Positions 34,917 through 44,454 of a DNA stretch of 64,000 nt are shown here, one piece after another (the first letter of the stretch is position 1; each line of letters starts with the position of its first letter). The position numbers and the translations under genes were made by a program. The notes under the pieces are model-generated. The model was not told the DNA's origin and did no database searches. It worked only from the letters and a program-made list of their open reading frames with translations. The DNA is from a virus (lineage: Duplodnaviria > Caudoviricetes): positions 1 to 64,000 of the IMG/VR virus record IMGVR_UViG_2870609773_000001. One strand, written 5' to 3'.

Positions 34917-36605
34917 CTACTCCTCTTCGTCGTCCGAGGGATTGGCGTCGTCTGGCCTGTCTTCAGGTTCAGGTGGTACGGGGTCGCCTCCGCCGAGCGC
35001 TGCTGCCGGGTCTTCGCCCCGTCTAAAGGCGTCCACGGCCGCCTGTCCGGCCCGTCCTGTCGCTCCTTCGGGTGGGACGAATTCGCCGTCCTCCCCCGTT
35101 AGTGAGTCGATGATGGAGTCCACGTCCCGCACGCCGAGCGCTTCGAGGAGAAGACGAACGATCACAAGCGGCGGCAGATAGCCGGTCTGGTCGGCCTTGG
35201 TGATGCTGTCGATGACCGAGGCCGGGTCTAGATCGTCGATGTCAGGCCAGGACACGTCGATGGTCTGATCGGCGTCCCCCTGGAGGCGGACGATCTCCTT
35301 GCCGTTGTCGTCTCGCGTGATCGTGCCCTTGAGTGGCCCTTCGGGGGCTCGGACGGATTCGAGGATGACGTGGGCGAGGATCGCCTGGTAGCAGTCGGTC
35401 CAGACGCCGCGCCGCATCTCCATGGCGCGCTCTGTGGGCGTGTCGAGCGTTTCGGCCGTCGCCCGCGCCCCGGTGGTACCCGGATCCCCGAGCAGCATCG
35501 TCACTGGCACGTCGAGACCGGCGGCGACCATGGCGGCGAGCGGCCGGCCGGACTCGGAGTCGATCGTGGCCCCGGTCTTGGGGACGGCTTCGAGCATCAT
35601 GTCCGGGGTGAGGAACGCCGCGGCGCCGGCATGCTGCGGCTCTCCCGAGTAGCGGTCGGTGGCAGGCCCGGTGGCCATGCGGGTCTTCGCCGCGGCCTGC
35701 TTGCTGCCCTTCGAGGTGAGTCTCCAGGCGAAGCGGCTGAGCGCCTTCACCAGGCGGGCCCAGTCGGTGAGGAACTCGCGGTAGGCGTTCGCCCAGTCCA
35801 CGGCGGCGTACGCGTCGGGGATGCCGAACTTCCAGCTCTTGAGCGCGCCGACTTTCACGTGGTAGGTGGGGGCGTCCCACAGCACCTCAGCGGCGCCGTA
35901 CGAGTCCTTGACCCGCTTCGGCTTGAGGACAGGCCGGTAGCCGAGCGCCGGATAGTAGGCGGTCCGGGTCACCGACGTGATGCCGCCGGTGATCTGGTCG
36001 GTGGACTGCTCCGTCCACTGCCGCTTGTAGTACCAAACCTCGGAGGCGTCCTGCGGGTTGGTGATGATGTCGGTGATCTCGTCGTATGGCAGCGACCGAA
36101 CCTGGACGCGGCCGGTGCGCGGGTTGGTGAAGCACGCGAAGAACAGGTTGCCGTCCGTGCCCAGGCTTCTCTCGTTCTCCTCCGCCGCCTGGGATCCGGT
36201 CAGCGTCTTACGGTTGCCGTCGTCGGCGAGGAACACCTGCACGACAGCGTTCACGTCCTGCGAGGTGCGGCCCTTACCGCGTTTGCCACCGGAGCGGGCG
36301 CTGATCTCGACGCCTTGTCCCCACACGTAAGCGGTCCGCAGGGCAAGCCCTCTTTTGATCAGGACGTTCTTGATGCCCATCACGCGACACACCGCGGTTA
36401 GGCGCTTCAAGCCTTCGCGGGAGAACTCCTGCTCAGCCAGAGCCGTCATCTGCTGCCAGCCCGGCTCGTACATGCGCCGCTCAAGGTCGGCGAGCGACTC
36501 CTGCAGATGCTCCACCGTCAACCGTTCGGCGCGGAGCGTCTCCGCCAGTTCGGCGCGGCCGGTCCACCGGTAGAACGACTCCTGAAGGCGGGAGGCGAAG
36601 CCCAC
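34917..36605 (-). CDS. portal protein
   Basis: 562 aa between terminase and MuF; GGGAGG RBS. Confidence 0.85.
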   Translation of the reverse strand: MGFASRLQESFYRWTGRAELAETLRAERLTVEHLQESLADLERRMYEPGWQQMTALAEQEFSREGLKRLTAVCRVMGIKNVLIKRGLALRTAYVWGQGVEISARSGGKRGKGRTSQDVNAVVQVFLADDGNRKTLTGSQAAEENERSLGTDGNLFFACFTNPRTGRVQVRSLPYDEITDIITNPQDASEVWYYKRQWTEQSTDQITGGITSVTRTAYYPALGYRPVLKPKRVKDSYGAAEVLWDAPTYHVKVGALKSWKFGIPDAYAAVDWANAYREFLTDWARLVKALSRFAWRLTSKGSKQAAAKTRMATGPATDRYSGEPQHAGAAAFLTPDMMLEAVPKTGATIDSESGRPLAAMVAAGLDVPVTMLLGDPGTTGARATAETLDTPTERAMEMRRGVWTDCYQAILAHVILESVRAPEGPLKGTITRDDNGKEIVRLQGDADQTIDVSWPDIDDLDPASVIDSITKADQTGYLPPLVIVRLLLEALGVRDVDSIIDSLTGEDGEFVPPEGATGRAGQAAVDAFRRGEDPAAALGGGDPVPPEPEDRPDDANPSDDEEE

Positions 36606-36624
36606 GAGCAGCCTCCCTCATGCG

Positions 36625-38190
36625 TCAATAGGAACTGATCTCGAACGCGTCCAACTCGTCGTCCAACTCGTCCGCCTCGACGATCAGATCTCCGGCGAGG
36701 ATCGGGGCGAGCAGCATCCGGTTGATCGCCTGGGTGCAAGCGTCAACCTGGTCATCGTGTGATCCGTTCGGGAACGCGGCGTGCTCGTCCCGGAAGCTGC
36801 CGACCCACGGGCACAGTTCCGGGGCCGGCAGGTAGACGGATCCGGCCTCGATGAACGGGGTGACCGCGCGAGCGCGAGCCTCCTTGCTGCCGTCCGGCTC
36901 GACCGGAACCAGGCCGGGCACCTGGCGGCGCAGCGAGTTGATGACCGCGGTGCCGTTTGCCTTGTCCTCGACGAGTTTGAGCGTGGCCTGGGGCCACTTC
37001 GCTGCCATCTCCCGAAGGGCGGCACACGTCGCGGTGAAGGACAGCCGTTCGTGCACTTGGTCCAGCAGGAACAGTTCGAGGCCGTACCGCGCCCACACCT
37101 GACCCACAACGTAGTCGGAGCCGTCCGTGTCCTTGAACGCCATGTCCCACGACATGGCGACCTCGTCAGCGCCTGGCGCCCAGCAGGAGCCGTCAGGGCG
37201 TTCGATCCACCGCGGCGATGTGTACTCCCGCCACCAGTCGCGCTGGAATATGTCGCCAGCGGCAGGTGTCGGCCGTCCCTGGTAGAGGGCCGCCCACACT
37301 CGGGAGCCGACAGCGACGCGCGTCTGTCTCCACTGTTCGAGGCTTCGACCACGGGCCGACACCATGAACTCGCCCGGCTCGCGGCCGAGCGGGTCGGTCT
37401 CGCCCTTATTCGGGTCGTGGTCAGCTTGCGCCGGGATGTTGAGGACCTTCCACCGATGGGCGTCTTCAGCGGCGAGGACCTTGCCGGCCAGGTCCTCTTC
37501 GTGCCAGCGCGTCAAGATGATGACCACTGGCGCACCTGGAGCGAGCCGGGTGTTCGCTACCGCCTGCCAGAACGACCAGACGACCTCGCGCCACGCCTTA
37601 CTGTCGGCGTCCCGCATGTCCTTGATCGGGTCGTCGATGTAGAGCATTTCGGCTGGCTTGCCGGTCAGGCCGGACGTGATTCCGACACTACGGACGCCGC
37701 CGCGGTGGCCGTCGATACGCCAGCGGCGAGCGGCGCCGTTGTCAGGGGCGATGCGCAGTCCGAGATCCAGCGTGTCGTCGGTGCCGTCGTTCGAGATGAT
37801 GTGGTTGCGGATGTTCCGCCCGAACTCGTCGGCGAGGTCTTGGGCGTAGCAGGCGATCGCGATCCGCAGGTCTGGGTTGCGGGTGAGCATCCACAGCGGG
37901 CCGATCGTCGTGACGCGGGTGGACTTGCCCTCCTGTGGCGGCATCGTGATGATGAGCCGATCGCAGCGGCCTTCGGCCACCTCGATGAGTGCCTGATCGA
38001 TGAGGGTCAGGGCCGGTGTTTGGATGGTCGTCGGTTCGATCGCTGCAGCGAGGTGCCCTGGCGTCTCCCACTGCGGCCTTGTGGTGACCTTGCGTTTGCG
38101 GGCGGCGGTGCGGAGTGTCTTCAGCAGCCGCTCCTGCGCAGGGAGCGGCCATGTCCGCCAGTCGGGCGGCAGCGTGGCGAGCGTGGTCAT
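36625..38190 (-). CDS. terminase large subunit
   Basis: MPPQEGKST Walker A; IDDPIKD; SWDMAFK; HDDQVDA nuclease motif. Confidence 0.95.
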   Translation of the reverse strand: MTTLATLPPDWRTWPLPAQERLLKTLRTAARKRKVTTRPQWETPGHLAAAIEPTTIQTPALTLIDQALIEVAEGRCDRLIITMPPQEGKSTRVTTIGPLWMLTRNPDLRIAIACYAQDLADEFGRNIRNHIISNDGTDDTLDLGLRIAPDNGAARRWRIDGHRGGVRSVGITSGLTGKPAEMLYIDDPIKDMRDADSKAWREVVWSFWQAVANTRLAPGAPVVIILTRWHEEDLAGKVLAAEDAHRWKVLNIPAQADHDPNKGETDPLGREPGEFMVSARGRSLEQWRQTRVAVGSRVWAALYQGRPTPAAGDIFQRDWWREYTSPRWIERPDGSCWAPGADEVAMSWDMAFKDTDGSDYVVGQVWARYGLELFLLDQVHERLSFTATCAALREMAAKWPQATLKLVEDKANGTAVINSLRRQVPGLVPVEPDGSKEARARAVTPFIEAGSVYLPAPELCPWVGSFRDEHAAFPNGSHDDQVDACTQAINRMLLAPILAGDLIVEADELDDELDAFEISSY

Positions 38191-38200
38191 GCTCACCTCG

Positions 38201-38719
38201 CTACGTACTGGTGGGCTCCGACTCTTCGGCCATGCCGAGTTGGGCGGCGAGCTGCTCGATCTCGGAGGTGATGGCGTCGGAGACGGTGACGTTCGTCTTC
38301 GCCGGCGCGTCCAAGCCGAGCAGCTTCGCGCGGCGTTCCTGGATCTTCAACAGCCGGTCCATTGCGGCAAGGACAGGCCCGTCATCCGCGAGCGGTGAGC
38401 CGCCCTCCTCCAGGTAGATGACCTTGCCGTGCGAGATGGCGTAATGCTCGGTCTCCAGCACTTTGAGCGCGGCTTGGTACATCCGGTCGAGGCGCTCCAG
38501 TTCGACCAGTCTGAGGTCGTCGGCCGCCTCTTGGACGGTCTCCTTGAGGATGCGTTGTACGGCCTCGTGCGCCTTGCCGGGTCCTGCCATGCCGAGTTCG
38601 TCGGCGATCTGCCGGTAGGTGAAACCGCGGACTCGCAGTCGTGCCGCTTCGGCGTCGCGGGCCGCGGTGTCCGGGTTGCGTTCGAAGCGTCCCCGGCCGC
38701 CTCTCGTTCCTTTCGTCAT
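38201..38719 (-). CDS. terminase small subunit (HTH)
   Basis: LRVRGFTYRQIADELG; ERRAKLLGLDAP; adjacent to the large subunit. Confidence 0.8.
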   Translation of the reverse strand: MTKGTRGGRGRFERNPDTAARDAEAARLRVRGFTYRQIADELGMAGPGKAHEAVQRILKETVQEAADDLRLVELERLDRMYQAALKVLETEHYAISHGKVIYLEEGGSPLADDGPVLAAMDRLLKIQERRAKLLGLDAPAKTNVTVSDAITSEIEQLAAQLGMAEESEPTST

Positions 38720-38825
38720 GGGCGTTCCCTTGGTGGCGCTGCGCTCTCCTCGTTGAACAGCGACCTGCGGCGTTCACTGACAGTAGGGGCAAAGCCCCGA
38801 ATTTCGGAGCCATTCTGCCGAACTC

Positions 38826-39089
38826 TCACGGAGCGTCACCGTTTTCCGGTGTTACCTGATGTCCGCTTGCTAGGTGCTTGACGGCTTCTATCCACAGTCC
38901 GGGAATGGTGGCCACCTGTACGACCTTGGGATCCGCTTGCCGATCACCTGGTGAGTTGTAGCAGGCGAGGGGCCGCCCACCGTCGAAGTGGTCGCGGCAG
39001 AGGAGTTCGACGCCTCCGTCTTCGTTGCCCATCAGATAGAGGCTCGGGTGGGTGAGGGCTGCTATGAGGGCGTCAGTTGAGGCCGTCAT
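38826..39089 (-). CDS. hypothetical protein, paralogous to the C-terminus of 39451-39939
   Basis: Shared LT(H/N)PxL...GG(G)V...C...GLW...HLA pattern. Confidence 0.65.
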   Translation of the reverse strand: MTASTDALIAALTHPSLYLMGNEDGGVELLCRDHFDGGRPLACYNSPGDRQADPKVVQVATIPGLWIEAVKHLASGHQVTPENGDAP

Positions 39090-39454
39090 GGTGTTGCGGC
39101 CTCCGCTCTGCATGTGACCACCCAGCGGTCTTGCTCAGCACTCCACGAGAGGCTGGGGTCGCACGGGCATCCGTGGAAGTGCTCGACGATGGCGCGGACC
39201 TGGTCCTCGCCCCAGTCGCAGGAGTCCCACCACTCGACGGCCTTCCAGACGCTGCGGAGCCGGGCGATACGGACCTCGGAGCGGATCTGCCACTGGCGGA
39301 GCATGACCAGGAGTTCTTCGGTCTCGCGTGCCGCGTCTTCTGCCCAGCCGAGCCCGGCGAGGCGAGCGGACATGCGCTCGAGCTCGCCGCGCTTGGCGAG
39401 GATGTCGTCGAGGTCCCAGGCGTGGCAAAGGTAGTCGTACGAACCTCCGCTCAT
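39086..39454 (-). CDS. hypothetical phage protein
   Basis: MSGGSYDYLC start; coupled to neighbours. Confidence 0.75.
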   Translation of the reverse strand: MSGGSYDYLCHAWDLDDILAKRGELERMSARLAGLGWAEDAARETEELLVMLRQWQIRSEVRIARLRSVWKAVEWWDSCDWGEDQVRAIVEHFHGCPCDPSLSWSAEQDRWVVTCRAEAATP

Positions 39455-39939
39455 TGATCACCTGCCGGATGGTGGATGGCGAGGTGGATGAGCGCCTGGC
39501 TCCACAGCCCGGACACAGACGTGGCGAAGGTGATGCCGGGAGCCGCCTGCTCGCCTTCCTTCGCTCCGAGGTAGGCGATCGTCTCGTGTGCGATCGGCGT
39601 GCAGGCCCGGCAGTACATGCCGACGCCTCCGCCCTTCTGCCCGAACAGAACCAGGTCAGGGTTGGTGAGGACGCGGTAGGCGAGCTCCCGGAGGTCGTAG
39701 CGCGAGTCCAGAGCGGGCGGCTCCTGTTGCTCTACAGCTGTTGGGAGTTCGGGCGAGGATGCCCTCAGATCTATCTGCTCGTCCGGGACGGTGATCGGCT
39801 CGCGGCAGGACGGGCATGTGACCTTGTCGCCTGGGATGTCAACGCCGTCGCCTCCGCAGGCGCACCACCAGTGCAGCTTTACCGGCGTAGTTGAGTCGCC
39901 CCAGTGCAGCCCGTAGGCGTAGACGACGCGTGCGGTCAC
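39451..39939 (-). CDS. Cys-rich two-domain hypothetical protein
   Basis: GTGA overlap; CAC...CPSC; CRAC. Confidence 0.65.
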   Translation of the reverse strand: MTARVVYAYGLHWGDSTTPVKLHWWCACGGDGVDIPGDKVTCPSCREPITVPDEQIDLRASSPELPTAVEQQEPPALDSRYDLRELAYRVLTNPDLVLFGQKGGGVGMYCRACTPIAHETIAYLGAKEGEQAAPGITFATSVSGLWSQALIHLAIHHPAGDQ

Positions 39940-40232
39940 CGCTTTCTCCCGCGAGAACGGCGCCGATACTCGGCCTTGACTGCGTCGGAGCGCGGGCAGG
40001 TGCGGCCGAACACCAGCCGGTAGCCGGACCAGAGCAGGCGGCCTCGCAGCTTGACCGTGTACGGGCCCGTTCGCTCCAGGAGCGACGCGGACACCACAAG
40101 AAACCGATGTGTCCTGGACAGCATGTCGATCGGCGCGGGCGGACCAGTGACGAACTCCAGGTCCGACACAGTCTCTCCGAGGTCGACAGGTTCGCCAGTC
40201 GAGGGAACCCAAGAGACGCGAACCGTGGTCAT
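39936..40232 (-). CDS. hypothetical protein
   Basis: Coupled overlaps on both sides. Confidence 0.6.
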   Translation of the reverse strand: MTTVRVSWVPSTGEPVDLGETVSDLEFVTGPPAPIDMLSRTHRFLVVSASLLERTGPYTVKLRGRLLWSGYRLVFGRTCPRSDAVKAEYRRRSRGRKR

Positions 40233-40549
40233 CGCTCACCTGCCGAAGGCCAGCCAGGACACGTGAAGTGGCCGGGAACGCGGACGTCTCCGTCCCACTC
40301 GTGCGGCGGGTGTTCCTTGCTCATCGACCAGTCGTTGCATGCGACGGTCGAGAAGGGAGGAGTCCAGCCGAGAGCGATCAGCGCCTGCTCGGCCTCCTTT
40401 CGGCGTTGTGCTGGGATGCCGGTGTCGCAGCATGCCTCACGCCGGAACAGGTTGTTGGCAGGGGGTTCGGTGGAGTCGCCGTGGTACCGGCATTGGGCGG
40501 GGAGCGATTCGAGTGCTGCACGAATGGCGGCAAGGCCGATGGCGTTCAT
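40229..40549 (-). CDS. hypothetical protein
   Basis: GGAGA RBS; CRYHG, ACCDTG. Confidence 0.65.
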   Translation of the reverse strand: MNAIGLAAIRAALESLPAQCRYHGDSTEPPANNLFRREACCDTGIPAQRRKEAEQALIALGWTPPFSTVACNDWSMSKEHPPHEWDGDVRVPGHFTCPGWPSAGER

Positions 40550-40659
40550 GGGGGTTCTCCCTGGAGTGGCGACGGCCCCGAGCCCAGGGAGGTCTCGGGG
40601 CCGTCTACCTGCGGTGTACGGGCCGCAGGGTTCTGGTGCGCTGGGTGCGCGTGTCTGGG

Positions 40660-40959
40660 TTAGCTGATCTGTACGGGTGCGCCTTCAACGACAGGCAGTT
40701 CTGGTGTGGCGTGGATGCGCACGTACGGCACGTAGGTGCCGGGCTCGTCGGAGAAGTCGAAGTCCGAGCCGGGACCGATCATGATCTGGGCTACGGTCTG
40801 CCCGTCCACGGTGTCCCAGCCTGCTGTCTTCCAGCCATCGTCTGCGGGGCGTACCGGGTAGAGGCACACCTGCATGTCGACGACGTGGCTGGTGAGTGTG
40901 CCTGGCCCGTCGATGGGGACGGGCAGGTACTCCTTCGACTCGCGGGGGTAGGACTCCAC
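40660..40959 (-). CDS. small BppU-like (Ig-like) virion adaptor
   Basis: GAGGAGG RBS and GTG; PRESKEYLPV...AQIMIGP...PGTYVPYVRIHATPELPV pattern. Confidence 0.6.
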   Translation of the reverse strand: MESYPRESKEYLPVPIDGPGTLTSHVVDMQVCLYPVRPADDGWKTAGWDTVDGQTVAQIMIGPGSDFDFSDEPGTYVPYVRIHATPELPVVEGAPVQIS

Positions 40960-40969
40960 GCCTGCCTCC

Positions 40970-43912
40970 TCATGGGCTGTCCCAGCGGCGAGCCGCGTTT
41001 GTGGGGGTGGTGTCCCACCGTCTTGGTGCGGGTTCGGCCGCCCATCGGCGTGGGAGTTCGGCACCGACACCGATCGGGGTGTCGTCCTCGGGTTCGCCCG
41101 TGGAGACGGACGGCCCGGGGATGCTGGCTACGGTGGCCACGACCAGAGGCCGGGCTGTGGTGGACAGCAGCGCCGCGGGGATGGTGGCGAACGCAGCGAT
41201 CGCAGCTGGTGTAGCAGCGACCAGGACCGTCGTGGTGGGTGTCGGTACCGCGGCGGTAGCGAGGACCACGATCGGGCTGGCGGTGGCGTCGCTGGCCGCT
41301 TCGACGGCCGGTGTGGGGATGGCCGCCGTGGCGTTGACCGTGGCGGGGGAAGCGGTGGCGTTCCCGCCGGCCTGAACGGTAGGCGTAGGGATGCTGGTGC
41401 TCGCCTGGACGGTGTCCGGGCTGGCGGTTGCTCCCGTGGTCGTGTCCGGGCCTGGGATCGTCGTAGAAGCGGCTACAGGGCTCGGTGAGGCGGTGGTGCT
41501 TGCCGAGACCTGAGGTGTGGCTATGGACGTCTCAGCGGCGACTACAGCGGCGCTCGCGGTCGCTCCTGCCGAGATGGTCGGGGCAGGGATCGCCGCCGCC
41601 GTGGAGACCGTTACAGAGCTCACCGTGGTGGACGAGCCCGACTGGACCGCAGGACTCGGGATCGTGGTAGCCGCGGTGACCGTGGCCGGTGTGGCGGTCT
41701 GATCGCAGGCAGCCGCGGGTGTTGGGATCGTGGCCGTTGCGGTGACGGTCGAGGGAGTGGCGACCTGGCCTGTAGCGACCGTGGCCGCGGGGATGGATGC
41801 TACGACTTGGACCGTGCTGGCCTGGACGGTGGCGCCCGCCGACACGACCGGCGCCGGGAACTGCGTGGCGGCAAGGACAGCGGAGGGGCTCGCCGTTGAG
41901 CCCGTCGCGGCGGTCGCCGCGGGGATGGTGGTGGCCGCCGAGACCACGGCCGGGCTAGCAGTCGCCCCTGAGGACGTGGTAGGCGCTGGGATCGTGGTCG
42001 TGGACTCGGCGAGGTTCGGGGTGGCTGTAGAGCCAGTGGAGACGCCCGGAGCGGGGATCGCGGTGGTGGCCGTGACGGTGCTCGGGGACGCCGTGGTGAC
42101 CGCAGTGACGGTCGGGGCGGGCAGCGTGGCCGACGCCTGCACCGTGGCCGGTGACGCGGTGGCACCAGCCGCCGTGGTCGGGCCTGGGATGGAGGTCGCG
42201 CAGGCGACGACCGCAGGGCTTGCGGTGGACCCCGCTGCGACGCCCGGGGCAGGGGTGGACGCCGCAGCGGAAACAGCGGGAGGGGACGCCGTCGAGCTGG
42301 TCGACGTGGACGGCGCCGGGATGGTGGTCGTCCGGTTCACGGTGGACGGTGTGGCGGTGGCGTCCTGCTGTGCTGCGGGGGTTGTGACGCCGATCGTGAA
42401 CCCGGCTGCGTACGCCTGCTGCGCGGACGCGGTGAACGTCTCCGTGCTGGTGTCTTCGCCGCTGGCGAGGAGGCGGGTGGCGAGCGTCGTGGAGGTGTAG
42501 CTGATGGACTGGGCGTCAAGCCGCTCCGTCAGCCCTTCCGGAGCTGTCCAGGACGTGTCCCCGGACGTGGAGGGGACGCCGGAGGCGATGCGGATTTCGG
42601 TGGCGCCGTCTCCTGGCGGGGTGATGCCGGGCGTGGCCACGCTCGTGGTGCCGGTGGACGCGGTGTGGGCGATCGTCGGCGCTGTGGTGGAGGCGTTGGA
42701 GTACGCCCACGTCAGCACGACACCGTCAGCGGTGTCAGCCTGGGTGAAGTTCCACTCGTCCGGCTCGCTGCTTCCGGCGATCTTCCACCAGACGCGCACC
42801 TGCAGCAGGTTGTCGCCCGCCGAGTACTCGTCCAGCAGCAGCCACTCGGCGCCGCCCGCCGGGGCGGGCATGCTGGCGAGGGCGCCGACGTCGGCGGCGT
42901 GGTGGGCGAGCAGCAGATCGCCCGCCTGCACCCCTTCCGGTTTGAACGCAGGCAGCGGGGTGGTGCGCCCGAACACGGCCTGCAGAGTGCCGCGCTCGTC
43001 CGGGAATTGGCCCGTGTACGTGGCCGGCGAGCCGATGGCCGCTGTGGCGGTGACGGTGGCAGGGGTGGCCGTGGACGACTGCTCCACCTGAACGGCCGGA
43101 ATCGACGCGGTAGCAGCCACCACCGTGGGTGCAGCCGTGCTGCCCGCCGACACGGAAGCGGCAGGAACCGTCGCGGCGGCCTGCACAGCCGAAGGTGTCG
43201 GCGAAGCACCCGCCGACAGCGTCGGGGACGGCACGATGGCCGCCGCCGACAGCACCGGCGGGGTGGCGGTCGCGTCCGTCGAGGTCGCCGCAGGGAGCAG
43301 CTCGACCGCCGCCCACGCCCAGTCCGCCGCGCTGGCCCCCGCAGCATCCAGGTTGAACGTGACATCCGACCCCGCCGAAGAAGTCGGGGCGGCCTTCAGG
43401 ATCGCCATCGCGCGCGTGCCGGAGTCCTCGTTGATGAGGACGGTCTCCACGTCCGTCGAGGTGGGCGTGCCCAGCACGTTCCAGTCCTGGGCGACAGCCA
43501 CACCGAACGAGCCGGCGGCTGTTGAGGTGTAGCCGGTGACGGTGGCGTTGTTCGTGGTGGTGGAGTTCGAGCCGGTAGCGCCGACAGCTGTGCTTGCGTG
43601 GGCGCCGGTGAACACGTACGCCTTGATCGCCCCGGCGTCTTCGCCGCTGCTGGGCGTCACCGTGATGCGGATGTTCGTCTGCGCGGTCGGGTTTTGCGCC
43701 GTGTAGATGCGGACCCCGGTGAACGTGGCGTGCGCTCGGGCGAGCGTCCACGTGCGGGCGACGCCCGTGTTGGAGATGGTCGGCGCGTCGAACAAGGCGA
43801 CGCACACGACCAGCAGCGAGTCAGCGGGAGGGCTGAACTGGGCCGTCTGGATGGGGGTGCCGAACCCGCCGGTCGCGGCTGCCGGGCTGGAGCCGTGCAG
43901 TGCGATCGCCAC
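40970..43912 (-). CDS. 980-aa fibre/scaffold-like protein: two ~200-aa beta domains and about 23 22-aa repeats
   Basis: Domain 2 carries WWKIAGSSEP as in the tail proteins; repeat consensus xTA(S/T)PxxVxAxxxIPAPxxxxG (4 + 19 copies counted by eye). Confidence 0.8.
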   Translation of the reverse strand: MAIALHGSSPAAATGGFGTPIQTAQFSPPADSLLVVCVALFDAPTISNTGVARTWTLARAHATFTGVRIYTAQNPTAQTNIRITVTPSSGEDAGAIKAYVFTGAHASTAVGATGSNSTTTNNATVTGYTSTAAGSFGVAVAQDWNVLGTPTSTDVETVLINEDSGTRAMAILKAAPTSSAGSDVTFNLDAAGASAADWAWAAVELLPAATSTDATATPPVLSAAAIVPSPTLSAGASPTPSAVQAAATVPAASVSAGSTAAPTVVAATASIPAVQVEQSSTATPATVTATAAIGSPATYTGQFPDERGTLQAVFGRTTPLPAFKPEGVQAGDLLLAHHAADVGALASMPAPAGGAEWLLLDEYSAGDNLLQVRVWWKIAGSSEPDEWNFTQADTADGVVLTWAYSNASTTAPTIAHTASTGTTSVATPGITPPGDGATEIRIASGVPSTSGDTSWTAPEGLTERLDAQSISYTSTTLATRLLASGEDTSTETFTASAQQAYAAGFTIGVTTPAAQQDATATPSTVNRTTTIPAPSTSTSSTASPPAVSAAASTPAPGVAAGSTASPAVVACATSIPGPTTAAGATASPATVQASATLPAPTVTAVTTASPSTVTATTAIPAPGVSTGSTATPNLAESTTTIPAPTTSSGATASPAVVSAATTIPAATAATGSTASPSAVLAATQFPAPVVSAGATVQASTVQVVASIPAATVATGQVATPSTVTATATIPTPAAACDQTATPATVTAATTIPSPAVQSGSSTTVSSVTVSTAAAIPAPTISAGATASAAVVAAETSIATPQVSASTTASPSPVAASTTIPGPDTTTGATASPDTVQASTSIPTPTVQAGGNATASPATVNATAAIPTPAVEAASDATASPIVVLATAAVPTPTTTVLVAATPAAIAAFATIPAALLSTTARPLVVATVASIPGPSVSTGEPEDDTPIGVGAELPRRWAAEPAPRRWDTTPTNAARRWDSP

Positions 43913-43990
43913 GAGCCGCCACCCTTCGGAAGGAAGCGGGCCAGCGAAAGCGGCCCACAGGCGGCGATGTTCAGCGACCGTTTATGCAGG

Positions 43991-44452
43991 TCAGGGAACC
44001 AAATCGACCTGGAACCAGCCGCTAGCCGAGACGGTGATCAGGAACGTGCCGTTGGAGGTGCTGTAGTCGGAGACCAGGTCCACCAGAAGGACGCCGCTCT
44101 TGGGGTTGAGGACGTTGTTGTAGATCAGCGCGCCTCGTGCGTTGGTGATCGTCGAAGACGCCCAGGACGGGTCAGCCGAGTCGAACGTCATCACACCCGA
44201 GGAGCCGGTCAGTGTCGTCGTGGTCAGGACCAGCCCGCCGGCGGTGTAGCCGGTGCCGGACACCTCGCCTGAGGCGTACGCGCCCGCACCGTAGGCGGCG
44301 TTGGCGGTGGACGCGTTGTAGTCGGGAGTGATCGAGTTCTGGAAGAGGGCGACCTTGATCTCGGTCTCCGACTCCAGGTCGATGTCCAGGTTGGTGGTTC
44401 CCAGGGCCGCGATGATGTTGTTGACGAAGATGCCGCTTCCGGAGATGGCCAC
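43991..44452 (-). CDS. ~150-aa beta-rich virion protein (paralogue of 20119-20568)
   Basis: IKVALF...GEVSGTGYTAGGL...DLVSDYSTSNGT. Confidence 0.85.
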   Translation of the reverse strand: MAISGSGIFVNNIIAALGTTNLDIDLESETEIKVALFQNSITPDYNASTANAAYGAGAYASGEVSGTGYTAGGLVLTTTTLTGSSGVMTFDSADPSWASSTITNARGALIYNNVLNPKSGVLLVDLVSDYSTSNGTFLITVSASGWFQVDLVP

Positions 44453-44454
44453 GG

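Noticed and set aside
31215-38271. Long + strand ORFs opposite the head and terminase genes (31215-32909, 31987-33066, 34126-35181, 35370-36401, 36781-38271)
   Set aside because: Antisense shadows of recognisable structural genes.
41150-42360. Repeat region as CRISPR or DNA tandem array
   Set aside because: The periodicity is at protein level with divergent codons; no identical repeats with unique spacers and no cas genes.
16263-43912. Possible diversity-generating retroelement (repeated receptor-like domains as TR/VR)
   Set aside because: No reverse transcriptase in the window; the copies are divergent throughout and all protein-coding, without an obvious adenine-specific pattern.
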